DNA of 64,000 bases, from the IMG/VR virus record IMGVR_UViG_3300044641_007803, positions 157 to 64,156 of that record; one strand, 5' to 3'. This document shows, piece after piece, positions 45,612-56,125 of the stretch. The notes under the pieces are model-generated. The model was not told the origin of the DNA and did no database searches. It was given only the letters and a program-made list of their open reading frames with translations. The stretch comes from a virus. Lineage: Duplodnaviria; Caudoviricetes. The translations under genes were made by a program, and so were the position numbers. Positions within the stretch are counted from its first letter, which is position 1, and each line of letters opens with the position of its first letter.

Positions 45612-46751
45612 TTAGGAAGCATTTATTACATATCCTAAAGAATCTAACGTTAGTATTTGACCTGTCTCCTTCACCAATACTAGCCCTCTAGGTACTCCTT
45701 GTAATCTATTTCCTTCTAGTTCATATACTTGTACTTGAACTAATTTATTTACTGGAGAGTTGTCTGCTATAGAGCTAAACTTTTGGTTTACTCCTCTTGT
45801 AACTATTAATGTAAATGTAGTTGGATTAAGTAGACCTATTTGCTGTATTCTGCAGATTTCATTACCAAAGCTGCCAAAATAAATTATATCACCTATTTTG
45901 AAAGGATTAGTAGTAATATACGGAGCAGTATCTACACGAATAACTGAGGTAAATTCGTCAAAGTTTTGAGTAGTTTGAAAACCTGTTGGAATATTACTAA
46001 ATCCTGGTATATCTCCTGTTCCGGTATAGAAGTAGTCTTTATAAACTACCTGGCTTTGTGATTGTTGAAATCGTATTTGACTTTGTATACTTGAAGAGGG
46101 AAATACTGATCCTTCAAAAACTCTACCATTAACAGCAGGGTCTACAAAGTTGTCGAATATGTTAGTCTTTGTTCCGTCATATCTTCCATTTATCCATCCT
46201 GTATCACTGTAGTTGCTATCTTGTACGTCTGCTTTTGAAGCAGAATATGAAAGTAATTGAGAGATATTAGTAGGACCTGTATAGGAAGTGTTTCCTGGTA
46301 TGCCTATTGTGTTTCTGTCACTTTCCATAATGTATTCTGAAAGTCTGGTCTTTTGTATAGTTCCTCCTACTACATTATATGGACTTGCATTAAAGATAAC
46401 TCCGTTTATTGAAGGAGAGAATGATAGGTTACCTGCTATTACGTTACTTGTAAGTGTTCCTGTTAGTATGCTTGGAGTAGTAAGTAAGAAGAAAAAAGAA
46501 ACAGCTCCTTGTCCTACTGTATTTACAGTAATAATAGATATTTGTGTTATATCTAATGTTACAGTTCCTCCACCCGGTAAAGGTATTGTAACCTTTTCTA
46601 CTTGCGTAAGGAAAGGTGTATTATCGTCTAGGTTTAAGTCTAGTACCGGTACACTCATACCCTGTATTGTATACGGGGCAGTGTCTGTGTACCATACATT
46701 TACTTGTGATGGATATATTCTACTGTATGCTAGAAATTCAGCTTGTGTCAT
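45612..46751 (-). CDS. Hypothetical tail/baseplate-region protein
   Basis: 379 aa; ADVQDSNYSDTGWINGRYDG. Confidence 0.55.
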   Translation of the reverse strand: MTQAEFLAYSRIYPSQVNVWYTDTAPYTIQGMSVPVLDLNLDDNTPFLTQVEKVTIPLPGGGTVTLDITQISIITVNTVGQGAVSFFFLLTTPSILTGTLTSNVIAGNLSFSPSINGVIFNASPYNVVGGTIQKTRLSEYIMESDRNTIGIPGNTSYTGPTNISQLLSYSASKADVQDSNYSDTGWINGRYDGTKTNIFDNFVDPAVNGRVFEGSVFPSSSIQSQIRFQQSQSQVVYKDYFYTGTGDIPGFSNIPTGFQTTQNFDEFTSVIRVDTAPYITTNPFKIGDIIYFGSFGNEICRIQQIGLLNPTTFTLIVTRGVNQKFSSIADNSPVNKLVQVQVYELEGNRLQGVPRGLVLVKETGQILTLDSLGYVINAS

Positions 46752-46775
46752 TTAATTACTTTATATATAAATATT

Positions 46776-49700
46776 TTATTGATATATTCTTATTGGAACT
46801 CCAGCCAGTATTGTTACTCCTGCAAGAGGGGTTCCTAGTTGTGCTGTACTCCAATCTATGTACATATCATGTAATTGAAATATAGCATTTCCTGCAATTG
46901 GTATTCCGCCAAAATTTGTAGTTGATGGATATAAAGTCATTCTTCTTTTACATTGTGGACTATTTGGTGGATAAGCTTCTATTACAATTGCTCTAACAGC
47001 AAGTATGGGGTCTTGTGTTTCAAACGGAGTCACTATTCTTATAGGTGGAGATCCTCCTCCTGTTATATTTGGATTTGTAGCATAGTCTGGTGGTATGTTA
47101 TTGGTGCTGTAATATGCTGCTAAATCAGCAGGTGTCTGGTTGGCAAGTATAGTTTTTGCTTCATATGCACCAACAGCATCTTTTCTAACAAAGAAAACAC
47201 TATAAGTTGTACCAGGGTCTGGAGGATATTCTGAAAAGTATCCTTGTAATCCTCTTCCTAAAGGACTTCCTGGAGATGTTAATTCAATGTATTTTATATT
47301 AGTTATACTGTATGAATTTAGTACAGTTGTTGAGTATCCTAACGAATTTCTTCCTGGACCTGCATTATAATCTCCTAAGTCACCAATCTCTTGAGATAGC
47401 ATTACACCAACCTTTATTGTAGGTTCCTTACTATAGATAAAGGTTAGTCCATTTGAACCTGTAGCGATTGCACTCATTAAACAGTTTCCTACAGTTACTG
47501 TCTTACTTAATCTACATCCTGGACCTGCTTTTGGATCTGAAACAGTAACAGTTATTGGCGATCCTAAAAATGCTGATGGGAATTCATACGCCTGTGCTTG
47601 TTGGTTGGTTATTACAGTAGTTATACTTGCTGATGTTATGCTGTATTGTACTGATTGTAATGGGTGATTAGTAAACCAGGTTGTTAGATTGTAGTCGGTA
47701 TAGGTGGTTAAATTAGGGCTCTGCACTACTTCGTTTATATTTTGACCTATTTGTGTTAGTCCAAGACTACATGTTGCATATATAAAATCTATAGAAGATG
47801 TACATATTCCTAATGTGAAGTTTGTATTATTAACTTTTATAGATCCTGTTGAATACTGTGTTAGTCCTGGAAAGCTTGGTTGTAGACTTTGTATTGTTGT
47901 TGGGAACGTAATAGAAGCTGATACTGTCGATGTTGCAGGTACTGCTAATTCATACTGACTTGAAACATTGGTATATGAAAAGAAGTCTGTATCATTTAAT
48001 GTGGCAGTGGATGAGGTTATGTATAGAGGTGTTGGTAAACCTGCTTTTGGGCTTAGTAGACATATTTCATTTGAAGCACTTACAAATGTAATATTATAAG
48101 GCGATGTTACATTTTCTATAGCTTTGTATATATTATCTCTGTTCAATTCTCCATCAGATATGTCTATACCACTATTATTTAATTCTCCATTAAACCTAGG
48201 TTCTTCATGAGCATGCGAAGTTACTGCTGAAATATTTGTATTTATTCCCTGCTGGTTGAACGGTCCAGATAGTCCGTTTGGTGTTTGTATAGTATCTACA
48301 TAAGATGTATTATAGAAACTAACTTCACTATTAAAGGTTCCACCACTGTCTCCTTCTGTAAAGGCAGTGTCGATTGAGCTTGTATGTTCTGGTCGTGATC
48401 CTGAAAGTTTTACTGATTTAGCTTTACTTCTTGATAGTACGTGTGGTTTGATTATTATACCCGTACTAGCTGTTGTTCTTGCAGGTATAAAATCCTTTAC
48501 CATTTTAAAAATAGTATTATCAAAGAATTTTATTAACCTAACAAAGTCATATACACCATAAGCAGATGAACCGCTCATAATCTGATCTGTTAATAAATCT
48601 AAACTACCTGTAATACTTCCTGTAGGAGAAAAGCTGTAGTAATTATCTTGGTATAGATTTCTAGGATCTCCTAAATAATCATCTATGTTAAATGTAGTTG
48701 GAATCAAACTTGAAGTTACATCTTGTACTAATCTTACACTATAACCATCTCGCTTCAATCCGCCTGCAGTGGTAAGAACGCCTGAGTCATACCTCAGCCA
48801 GCGACTAGGGGGTTGTGGTGTACCGTCGTCTGTTGAAGTCCATAAGAAGTTTGTGGTGTTTAAAGCGTCAAAGACACCATTACTAGCGCGACGCCCTCCT
48901 GGAAGGCCTGCAAAACCGCTGCTATTTGTTGCGTCTGTGTTGGGGGTTAGCCAGTAAGTTATTCCTGTTGCTTTTAGTTTTCCTCCAGCAATAGAATTTC
49001 CTCCTAAAAAAGTGCCTAAAGTTACCCATTCGTCAACTGTTGGTACGTGCCAGCCTTGCGGGGCTAATCCTCTTGGGTCGTTTACCGCATACCAATTGTA
49101 TAATTTTCCATAAATAGATCCGCTAGCCTGATTATTAGTATAATAACACCAAGCGCCAGTAGTCAAGTTAGCCCATGCAGTTGTGTCGGTTACTTCAGGA
49201 ATTGGGTCACCATTTCTGTAGGTTGTAATGTCTAGGTTTTGATTTGTCCAAACTTGTGTACCAATCGTTACGCTTGGTAAAGGCGTAACTCTTCTTGTTT
49301 GCGTAATGTAATTATCTACATTATCTGTCGGAGAAAATCCTAATTCAATTGAATGTAAATCGTCTGTATACTTATACTCTTTTTTAGTTATAGAAGTATA
49401 TTGTGATAATGTACTTCCTGAGATCATACTTCCAGTATTATCCAGTCTTATTTTATCTAAGGAACTTGTATAGTATAGGTAGTTTCCGTAAAAAGGTCTT
49501 TCGTTTATATTTCTTCCTCCATACAATTTAATATCAAAAATATCCGAAGGTATTCCAAAGCAGTTGATTAATGCTCTTAAGCCTCTTTCAGTTCCTTTTG
49601 ATTTTAATAATAGTGGTAAGTTGTGATAAATACGTTTTTGAACTTCTTTTTGATAGTTGTCGTAGGAAGTTGGTTGTATAGGTGTGTTAGATCCTGTAAG

Positions 49701-51248
49701 AGATCCTGTTATGTAAAAGTTTATATCTTCACTACCGGACTGATATGCTTGTCCTATGAATGAACCAAATAAATCCTCTATTGACTTATTTGAAGTATAT
49801 AGTTTTATTCCAAAATTCTTCAGAGCTTCTCCTACTAAATCTTTTGAAATACCGTGATCAATTCTATTATCAGCATTATACTTATCTGTTACTGCTTTTG
49901 AATACAGCCATAAATTGTCAAAATGCTGCCCTATCATATAAATAAATGTTAGGTAGTTTGTATTACTTGGATCATCTCGTAAGTAATTTGGTATTGCGTT
50001 TGCTAGTGAGTTTTTATTTGTACTATCATAGTAAATTGCCTTACTAAGTTGTGATGAGTACCACGTAGCTACCTCTACATTTGGTACATATTTGACTGGA
50101 TCTATACTCGGTGTGTTCTGGTATGGCTTAGTTTTGTTTGATTTAGGCCATGAAGAGCTGCCTGATTCGTAGTATAGAAATCTCTCATAGTGATCAAAAT
50201 TACTAACAATTCCTGATATTAGGTTTGTATAGTATGTTCTACTTCCTGATGTGCTTGTATTAGTTGCTTGTATTGAGGCTAAGCTTGCTGAGTAGCTATT
50301 AATTAAATCTATTTTATATTTAAAATTATTTAACCTCTCCTCTGCTGATGAAAAGTGCACATAGTTACTATAGTCATTAAAATCTACACTAATTTCTACT
50401 CCTTTTTCATTAAGTAGTGAGTATATCTCACTGTTGCTATTATTAACAGGGTAGCTAAATAAATCATTATAACTTAAGTATTCTGTAGGAATTACACTTT
50501 CATCTGCTATCTCTAAATTAAAATTAGCAGATCTTATTGTTGGTTGTACAACTTCGTCTAAAACAATATCAGAATCAACTTCATATGCTACTGAATCTGC
50601 TACTATTTCTGCTATGCTTAGCCTACTTTTTTCAGAATAAGTGTCAGGTAATGGTTCGTATAATTTTACAACTACAGCTTTACCTTGCGGTATATCTACG
50701 GTATCTATATTAACTGCTATGAATAAATCATTATTTCCAAAATTCAACCTAAACCCATCAAAATACGATTGAGTTTCTAGCTTAGTTTTTACGTTTGCTG
50801 TTAAAGTTACTAAATCGCTGTCTTTAACTGAAATTGGTAATAATCGTACCTCGGTTCTATCTGCAGAGATGCTCTCTACAAAGAACTGGGTAGTTGATTT
50901 ATCTGTTGTGTACAAGTCATTTAGGAAATGATAAAGTAGTTTTACTCCTCCTAAATCGTATCCATATATTCTACTATCGTAAACAGGATCTACAGTAAGT
51001 ACCGATACTCCTGCTTGTCCTGCAGATTGTGCATTTCCTAGTTGTGTAAAGTTGCTATAAGTATTATCGCTTTCTAATAGTTCATCAGAAAGAGATAGTA
51101 TGTGTAGTTCTATATAGTTTTTACTAGGGTTAAATACATTATTAACCGTAAAGGAAGTAAGCAATTCCCTATCTTGTTGAGAGTACTGCTCAAAGCCTGC
51201 AATATTTTCTGGTAAGTCTTGGTTAACTATATATGTTATATCTGCCAT
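46776..51248 (-). CDS. Large baseplate/tail-associated protein with inserted FISUMP domain
   Basis: 1490 aa; HFSSAEERL.NF.YK, MIGQHFD, LLKSKGTERGLRALINCFGIP; FISUMP motifs at 48726..49271. Confidence 0.65.
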   Translation of the reverse strand: MADITYIVNQDLPENIAGFEQYSQQDRELLTSFTVNNVFNPSKNYIELHILSLSDELLESDNTYSNFTQLGNAQSAGQAGVSVLTVDPVYDSRIYGYDLGGVKLLYHFLNDLYTTDKSTTQFFVESISADRTEVRLLPISVKDSDLVTLTANVKTKLETQSYFDGFRLNFGNNDLFIAVNIDTVDIPQGKAVVVKLYEPLPDTYSEKSRLSIAEIVADSVAYEVDSDIVLDEVVQPTIRSANFNLEIADESVIPTEYLSYNDLFSYPVNNSNSEIYSLLNEKGVEISVDFNDYSNYVHFSSAEERLNNFKYKIDLINSYSASLASIQATNTSTSGSRTYYTNLISGIVSNFDHYERFLYYESGSSSWPKSNKTKPYQNTPSIDPVKYVPNVEVATWYSSQLSKAIYYDSTNKNSLANAIPNYLRDDPSNTNYLTFIYMIGQHFDNLWLYSKAVTDKYNADNRIDHGISKDLVGEALKNFGIKLYTSNKSIEDLFGSFIGQAYQSGSEDINFYITGSLTGSNTPIQPTSYDNYQKEVQKRIYHNLPLLLKSKGTERGLRALINCFGIPSDIFDIKLYGGRNINERPFYGNYLYYTSSLDKIRLDNTGSMISGSTLSQYTSITKKEYKYTDDLHSIELGFSPTDNVDNYITQTRRVTPLPSVTIGTQVWTNQNLDITTYRNGDPIPEVTDTTAWANLTTGAWCYYTNNQASGSIYGKLYNWYAVNDPRGLAPQGWHVPTVDEWVTLGTFLGGNSIAGGKLKATGITYWLTPNTDATNSSGFAGLPGGRRASNGVFDALNTTNFLWTSTDDGTPQPPSRWLRYDSGVLTTAGGLKRDGYSVRLVQDVTSSLIPTTFNIDDYLGDPRNLYQDNYYSFSPTGSITGSLDLLTDQIMSGSSAYGVYDFVRLIKFFDNTIFKMVKDFIPARTTASTGIIIKPHVLSRSKAKSVKLSGSRPEHTSSIDTAFTEGDSGGTFNSEVSFYNTSYVDTIQTPNGLSGPFNQQGINTNISAVTSHAHEEPRFNGELNNSGIDISDGELNRDNIYKAIENVTSPYNITFVSASNEICLLSPKAGLPTPLYITSSTATLNDTDFFSYTNVSSQYELAVPATSTVSASITFPTTIQSLQPSFPGLTQYSTGSIKVNNTNFTLGICTSSIDFIYATCSLGLTQIGQNINEVVQSPNLTTYTDYNLTTWFTNHPLQSVQYSITSASITTVITNQQAQAYEFPSAFLGSPITVTVSDPKAGPGCRLSKTVTVGNCLMSAIATGSNGLTFIYSKEPTIKVGVMLSQEIGDLGDYNAGPGRNSLGYSTTVLNSYSITNIKYIELTSPGSPLGRGLQGYFSEYPPDPGTTYSVFFVRKDAVGAYEAKTILANQTPADLAAYYSTNNIPPDYATNPNITGGGSPPIRIVTPFETQDPILAVRAIVIEAYPPNSPQCKRRMTLYPSTTNFGGIPIAGNAIFQLHDMYIDWSTAQLGTPLAGVTILAGVPIRIYQ

Positions 51249-51251
51249 TTA

Positions 51252-51587
51252 CTATATTTTAGTTTCTAGTGTAAGCACTTGTTCATTTAATGCTAAATTT
51301 TGCTGTCTTAGCTGTGCTATTTCGTCTAATAGTGGTTGTATGTTTTCTGTAACTGCATCAAAAGATATTAACTCAGAGCTCTTTTTTATTAAGTATTCAT
51401 GTGAATTTACTTCTCCTCTTACGTCTATTTCGTAGTATAGTTTTTCATACAATCTAAATAATTCAGCAGAGGTATCTCCATCCTCAGCTGCTACAGGTTG
51501 AGTAAAGGTCCTAAACGTACTGTCAATTACTTTACTAAATTCTATAGAATTAAAGACAGTTTTTTGTATATTAACATCATTAGCCAT
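51252..51587 (-). CDS. Hypothetical protein with C-terminal coiled coil
   Basis: NSHEYLIKKS; LLDEIAQLRQQNL. Confidence 0.6.
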   Translation of the reverse strand: MANDVNIQKTVFNSIEFSKVIDSTFRTFTQPVAAEDGDTSAELFRLYEKLYYEIDVRGEVNSHEYLIKKSSELISFDAVTENIQPLLDEIAQLRQQNLALNEQVLTLETKI

Positions 51588-52689
51588 TTCTTACTACTTT
51601 AAATATATTTTGATTATCTACTACTGTAGTGCTTCCATCTAAAGTCGTCTTTACTAATATACGATAATATCTCTCAGGTTGCAACCCATCCATATATACG
51701 TCAAAGAATGGTCCATTTGAATCACAGCTTATTTTAGTAAAGTTAGTATCAAAATCAACAACCATCTCTTCTGTATTTTCATCTCTCAATCCCCAGTATG
51801 ATGCTGATGGAAGAGCATAGTTTGTTAAGTATGCAGAAGCGGTAGTAAATAGTCTCGGTGCATATTTAGGTCTAGCAGACATTCTGAATCTCTGCTTTCC
51901 TACATCTGTATACTTACCTTTATTGTTTGTAAGATTAATAATTGAAATATTATTTGAAAGAACAGATAGTGATCCTGTACTGTATGTACTATCATCCCAT
52001 TTGAATTCTAAGAATGGTGGGTAGATTGTATTCGTATCTACACTATAGTATTTAAGTCGAATAGAAGATGTTGTATTATATTCTAAATCATTGGGTAGTT
52101 TTAATATAAACCCATTATTATCTATTGCTCCAGTATTAAACAACTGTACTGCTCTTGTAACATTTATATTTACATCATTAGTAGAATTTAGAGCGTGTGA
52201 TTGTGTAAACTCTAAATTTATACCTGCTGATCCTGTGTACCAGTTTCCACCTCCAGGTGTTGATCCTGATAGGTACGACCCTGTAATGTTTGCAGCAAAA
52301 CTACCTGTTGCCCATGCACCTGCTTGTCCTGCTAATCTATATTGCCAAGAAACTCCTGTTGTATTAGTTGGAATATCTCCAAACTTTCCTACACCATTAT
52401 CCCATGTTCCGTATACTGGATATGCATATAGGATGTAGTTGACTGGTATTTCATATGCATCTGCTAAGTATAAATTCAAGCTTGCACTATATGATCCTGT
52501 TACTTTGTTTGCAATTACATCTCGAATTTCAGAAGTACTATACTGTATTAATATTCTATTGGTTTGTCCTAGAGTACTAGTGTTTGGGTATCCTCCTATT
52601 TCAACTATTTCATCCTTACCTGCATTACCAGTTGGAGCTTCTGTTGATATAAACGCATCTTTCTCGGGAAATATTCTGTATACTGCCAT
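51580..52689 (-). CDS. Virion structural protein (DNRLRE-like beta domain)
   Basis: FPEKDA.I, RILIQY, W..G.G, NNGFILK, T.TIYPP.LE..WDD. Confidence 0.55.
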   Translation of the reverse strand: MAVYRIFPEKDAFISTEAPTGNAGKDEIVEIGGYPNTSTLGQTNRILIQYSTSEIRDVIANKVTGSYSASLNLYLADAYEIPVNYILYAYPVYGTWDNGVGKFGDIPTNTTGVSWQYRLAGQAGAWATGSFAANITGSYLSGSTPGGGNWYTGSAGINLEFTQSHALNSTNDVNINVTRAVQLFNTGAIDNNGFILKLPNDLEYNTTSSIRLKYYSVDTNTIYPPFLEFKWDDSTYSTGSLSVLSNNISIINLTNNKGKYTDVGKQRFRMSARPKYAPRLFTTASAYLTNYALPSASYWGLRDENTEEMVVDFDTNFTKISCDSNGPFFDVYMDGLQPERYYRILVKTTLDGSTTVVDNQNIFKVVRNG

Positions 52690-52690
52690 A

Positions 52691-54517
52691 TTATAGTGTT
52701 GTTATTCTTCCTTTAATATCTATGTCTGGAAATTTTACTTCAAAGATCATAGGGTCATATGAGGGATATACTATATTATTTTTTGTAGCTCCTGCTATGT
52801 CATATGCAAATTGTGAGTAGTTTCCTCCTGCTTTGTTTATTACTTCTACTTTTTGTACTGTCTGTACTCCCTTCTCCTGATCGAGAAGTGTATATATGCT
52901 TGATAGGTTTATAGGTTGGTTTATACTCCACTTTGTTATGTTAAAATAATCTTTTAATCTATTTGTACAGGATATTAATACGTCTTTTCCTATAAAGTTA
53001 GGTTTAGTTATTATATCAAAATTAACTTCAATATTAATAATAAACGCATCTTTTAAGTTAACGGAATCAGTAAGTATCATATACTCTGATATGTATTTTT
53101 TTAGATTGTTTTTTAACCCATCTGAAGATGTTACTAGGTTTTTACTGTTGTTATATGCTAGAGTGTATATTGAAAGTGATAGTGGATTGCTGTCAATAAT
53201 GCTATCTGTTTGTAAATTGGGATTAGTTAATTCATCTTGTGTTACATATATTTTTGCAATTGATCCGTACTTTGATGGCATAGATAGACACCTAACTGCA
53301 TAATCCTGTAACGTAACTGCTCTACCTTGTTCGTTAAATGCCATTAGTGAGTTTTGTCTTAATTCATCAACAGTATCTCCATCTCTACCTCCATCTGCTG
53401 CTAATGGATTATTAAATGCTAGTGTTGTAGTATTTCCTGCTACACTTCCTCCAAATCCTATTAAAGATGTTAGTGTGTTTGCTGGAATGTTTGATTCCAC
53501 TCCTCCTCCTACTATGTATGTTATTGTTAATGTTGTATTTGATGGAGCTAATCCATATGCTTTTGTCGATAGGAAATTTGAAGGATCAAATGCATAGTCA
53601 ATTCTATTAACTCCTTGAGACGTGCCTAGACCTACATTAGTTGGATCAGGAGTAATTACTGAATCATCTTGTCCTGCTATACCTGCTCCAAATTGAATTT
53701 CAAGTTGCCCTGTTGAGGTAAATCTTGTTACAAATCTTCTAGGAACTTTTTGTAATGTCAACAAATACTCTACCATTCCGCTATCTGATGAAGAGTTTAC
53801 ACTATCGGTAAAAATAGTCTCTTGTCCCAAGAATGGAACTTCGTACCATTCTGTGCTACCATTGTTTTCTGTTATAGAAAGTACTCCTAGTATGTTTGTA
53901 TCGTTTATTGTAATTGTTTTAAACTTCTCTACAGAAGTAATGGCTTGAGTTATTGTCTTAACTTCTCCAGAGTATGCTTTTGCTGTTTTAGTTAATCTAT
54001 ATCTAAGAGGTTGCCCTACTCCATCTAATGTTTCAATGGTAACTGTCGTATCATCATATGAGCTTGAAAAATTAAAGTTAACTGGTTTATCTATATAAAA
54101 GTTTACCTGTCCAGCACTATTTGCTTTTAGCCTTGTAAAGGCAGGTAGTTTTAATGCTTGAGTCCAGTCAGGTTCATAGGCAATACCTACTAGTACTGCA
54201 TCTACTAGGTGCGATACTTCTACATCTACTTCTGCTGCAGTTGTTATCTTTGGTCTGTAGCCCATCATATATGCTAAATTGTATAGGTTTGCAGGATTTT
54301 TAGCATGTTGTACGTATGTCTCTTGTAGTTGTGTGTCTTGGTAAAATGATAAAATATCTCCAACATAGGCAGCCATTTCAATGAACATCATACCTGGTGA
54401 TGTTGGTGAAAAGTCGTTATATGAGTCTGGGAAATAGTTTTTAGCGTACTCTATAAGTTGGCTTCTAAAATCTCCAAAGTCTTTATTTACGTATTTTATA
54501 TCTCTATCTTGAGCCAT
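52691..54517 (-). CDS. Baseplate wedge subunit (T4 gp6 / baseplate-J-like)
   Basis: DF...SPGMMFIEMAAYVGDILSFY.D; LAYMMGYRPK; GGRDGDTVDELR; RAVTLQDY. Confidence 0.82.
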   Translation of the reverse strand: MAQDRDIKYVNKDFGDFRSQLIEYAKNYFPDSYNDFSPTSPGMMFIEMAAYVGDILSFYQDTQLQETYVQHAKNPANLYNLAYMMGYRPKITTAAEVDVEVSHLVDAVLVGIAYEPDWTQALKLPAFTRLKANSAGQVNFYIDKPVNFNFSSSYDDTTVTIETLDGVGQPLRYRLTKTAKAYSGEVKTITQAITSVEKFKTITINDTNILGVLSITENNGSTEWYEVPFLGQETIFTDSVNSSSDSGMVEYLLTLQKVPRRFVTRFTSTGQLEIQFGAGIAGQDDSVITPDPTNVGLGTSQGVNRIDYAFDPSNFLSTKAYGLAPSNTTLTITYIVGGGVESNIPANTLTSLIGFGGSVAGNTTTLAFNNPLAADGGRDGDTVDELRQNSLMAFNEQGRAVTLQDYAVRCLSMPSKYGSIAKIYVTQDELTNPNLQTDSIIDSNPLSLSIYTLAYNNSKNLVTSSDGLKNNLKKYISEYMILTDSVNLKDAFIINIEVNFDIITKPNFIGKDVLISCTNRLKDYFNITKWSINQPINLSSIYTLLDQEKGVQTVQKVEVINKAGGNYSQFAYDIAGATKNNIVYPSYDPMIFEVKFPDIDIKGRITTL

Positions 54518-54927
54518 TATTGTTGAAAGTTTATTACTAATTCGTCTTGTATATTTGTAAAATCTACAGTGTATTTCATGTAGATTGTGATAGTATTTGT
54601 ATCTGGAGATTCTATTACGTTCAGTGTTTGTATTCTAACATTACTAAACCATGTCTGTATTCCTGTTCGTATAACTGCTGATACTGTATCTTGAATTTCT
54701 GAAGTTATTTGTTCGAAAAGTAGTGCTCTTATATCAGCTCCAAAATTTGGGTTTAGAAATCTTTCTCCTTTATTTGTTAGTAAAAAGTTAATTAAATTTG
54801 ACTTTAATGCATCTTGAGTTGTGTATGTTTGTGTAAATACAGATCTAGATAGAAATGGAAGTTTGACTCCTACCGCTTTTCTAGGCTGTAAATCTAGTGG
54901 ATTTATTTTCTGTATATTAAATGCCAT
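54517..54927 (-). CDS. gp25: Baseplate wedge / sheath initiator (T4 gp25-like)
   Basis: NLINFLLTNKGERFLNPNFGADIRALLFEQ. Confidence 0.85.
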   Translation of the reverse strand: MAFNIQKINPLDLQPRKAVGVKLPFLSRSVFTQTYTTQDALKSNLINFLLTNKGERFLNPNFGADIRALLFEQITSEIQDTVSAVIRTGIQTWFSNVRIQTLNVIESPDTNTITIYMKYTVDFTNIQDELVINFQQ

Positions 54928-55337
54928 TATGCTCCAAATCTTTCTTTATCTTTTTGTACTGATGCTTTAAATACATCCCCTGCTTTCATCATAAAATCAA
55001 ACTGCGTTATGTCTAATCCTGGTTCTGGACCTTGCCTAAAACCTTCTATAGGATTCATTCCTAAACCTGGTGCTTGAACCATATCAGATGTTGCACTTAT
55101 CAGGTTTTGGTACTCTCCCTGAGTCATTGAATGTCTAGTCTCGTTCATTAAATCTGCTATTGGATCACCTGTAGGGATAGGTCTTGCTACTGTAGGCCTA
55201 TGCTCTGCATACTTTGTTACTGTTTGCTTAGGTACTTGCACAGGTTTTACATCCTCTAAAAGAATTGTTTGTAATTCTTCACGAACTGCTTCTTTTACTG
55301 CTTCTTTAATTAGGTTTTTTAATAAGTCTAACTTCAT
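54927..55337 (-). CDS. Hypothetical protein
   Basis: MKLDLLKNLIKEAVKEAVREEL amphipathic N-terminus. Confidence 0.6.
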   Translation of the reverse strand: MKLDLLKNLIKEAVKEAVREELQTILLEDVKPVQVPKQTVTKYAEHRPTVARPIPTGDPIADLMNETRHSMTQGEYQNLISATSDMVQAPGLGMNPIEGFRQGPEPGLDITQFDFMMKAGDVFKASVQKDKERFGA

Positions 55338-55354
55338 ATTAATAAATAGTTATA

Positions 55355-56125
55355 TTATGGTAATTGATTATCTATTCTAAATTTTACCTCTTCTAGTAGA
55401 ATATCTGTAGAAGAACTAAATGATGACGGTCCTTGCAATACTACAATACCTCTACCATCTTTTGCAATTGCATATCTTTTAGGAGCAATTGCTGGTGAGT
55501 TTGGATCTTGAATTATTTCTAAAGTATATCCTTTGTACAAGTAGTTTGAATTTGGCACTCCTTCTGAACCTGTATTTTCTTTTGGTTGAGTTGTGGCTAA
55601 TATTCCTGGACTGTTTGTACTACATCTTTGTATTGCTGCGTCTATTGATTCTAATCTACTTTTTAGGGATGCTACTGTTCTTGAGACTGATCCTATTACT
55701 GCATTTACTCCCGCTATATCATCTTCCAGTACTTGTACTATTTTATTTAGTGTTACCAATGCATCACTATATCTAGTTAGAATACTAACAGGAATACCTA
55801 TACCTCCTGACATTGGTGGGATGATTGCTGTAGGTAGTGGAATTGACTTAATTACTTGAATTATTGCCTTAGCACTTCTTACTGCCGATTGCATTCCTCC
55901 TACTACTCTTCTAAACGATGCTATTCTACTTTCAAATGAATTTAATGCTGCAAGTAGGTTGTTTTTTATCCTAATTATCTGCTGTAGTTGTGAAGGAGTA
56001 GGGCACTGATTGCTGAATTTTGTCAGCATGTCAGAAACTCTACCTTCTATTTGGGCTGTAAGTTTGCCTTGTAGATTTCCTAACTGACTTGCAACTATTC
56101 CTGATATGTTTGATTTGAATGACAT
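55355..56125 (-). CDS. Hypothetical helical baseplate-region protein
   Basis: 256 aa; YKGYTLEI..RYAIA..SFSSS..L..E.KF.ID. Confidence 0.55.
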   Translation of the reverse strand: MSFKSNISGIVASQLGNLQGKLTAQIEGRVSDMLTKFSNQCPTPSQLQQIIRIKNNLLAALNSFESRIASFRRVVGGMQSAVRSAKAIIQVIKSIPLPTAIIPPMSGGIGIPVSILTRYSDALVTLNKIVQVLEDDIAGVNAVIGSVSRTVASLKSRLESIDAAIQRCSTNSPGILATTQPKENTGSEGVPNSNYLYKGYTLEIIQDPNSPAIAPKRYAIAKDGRGIVVLQGPSSFSSSTDILLEEVKFRIDNQLP

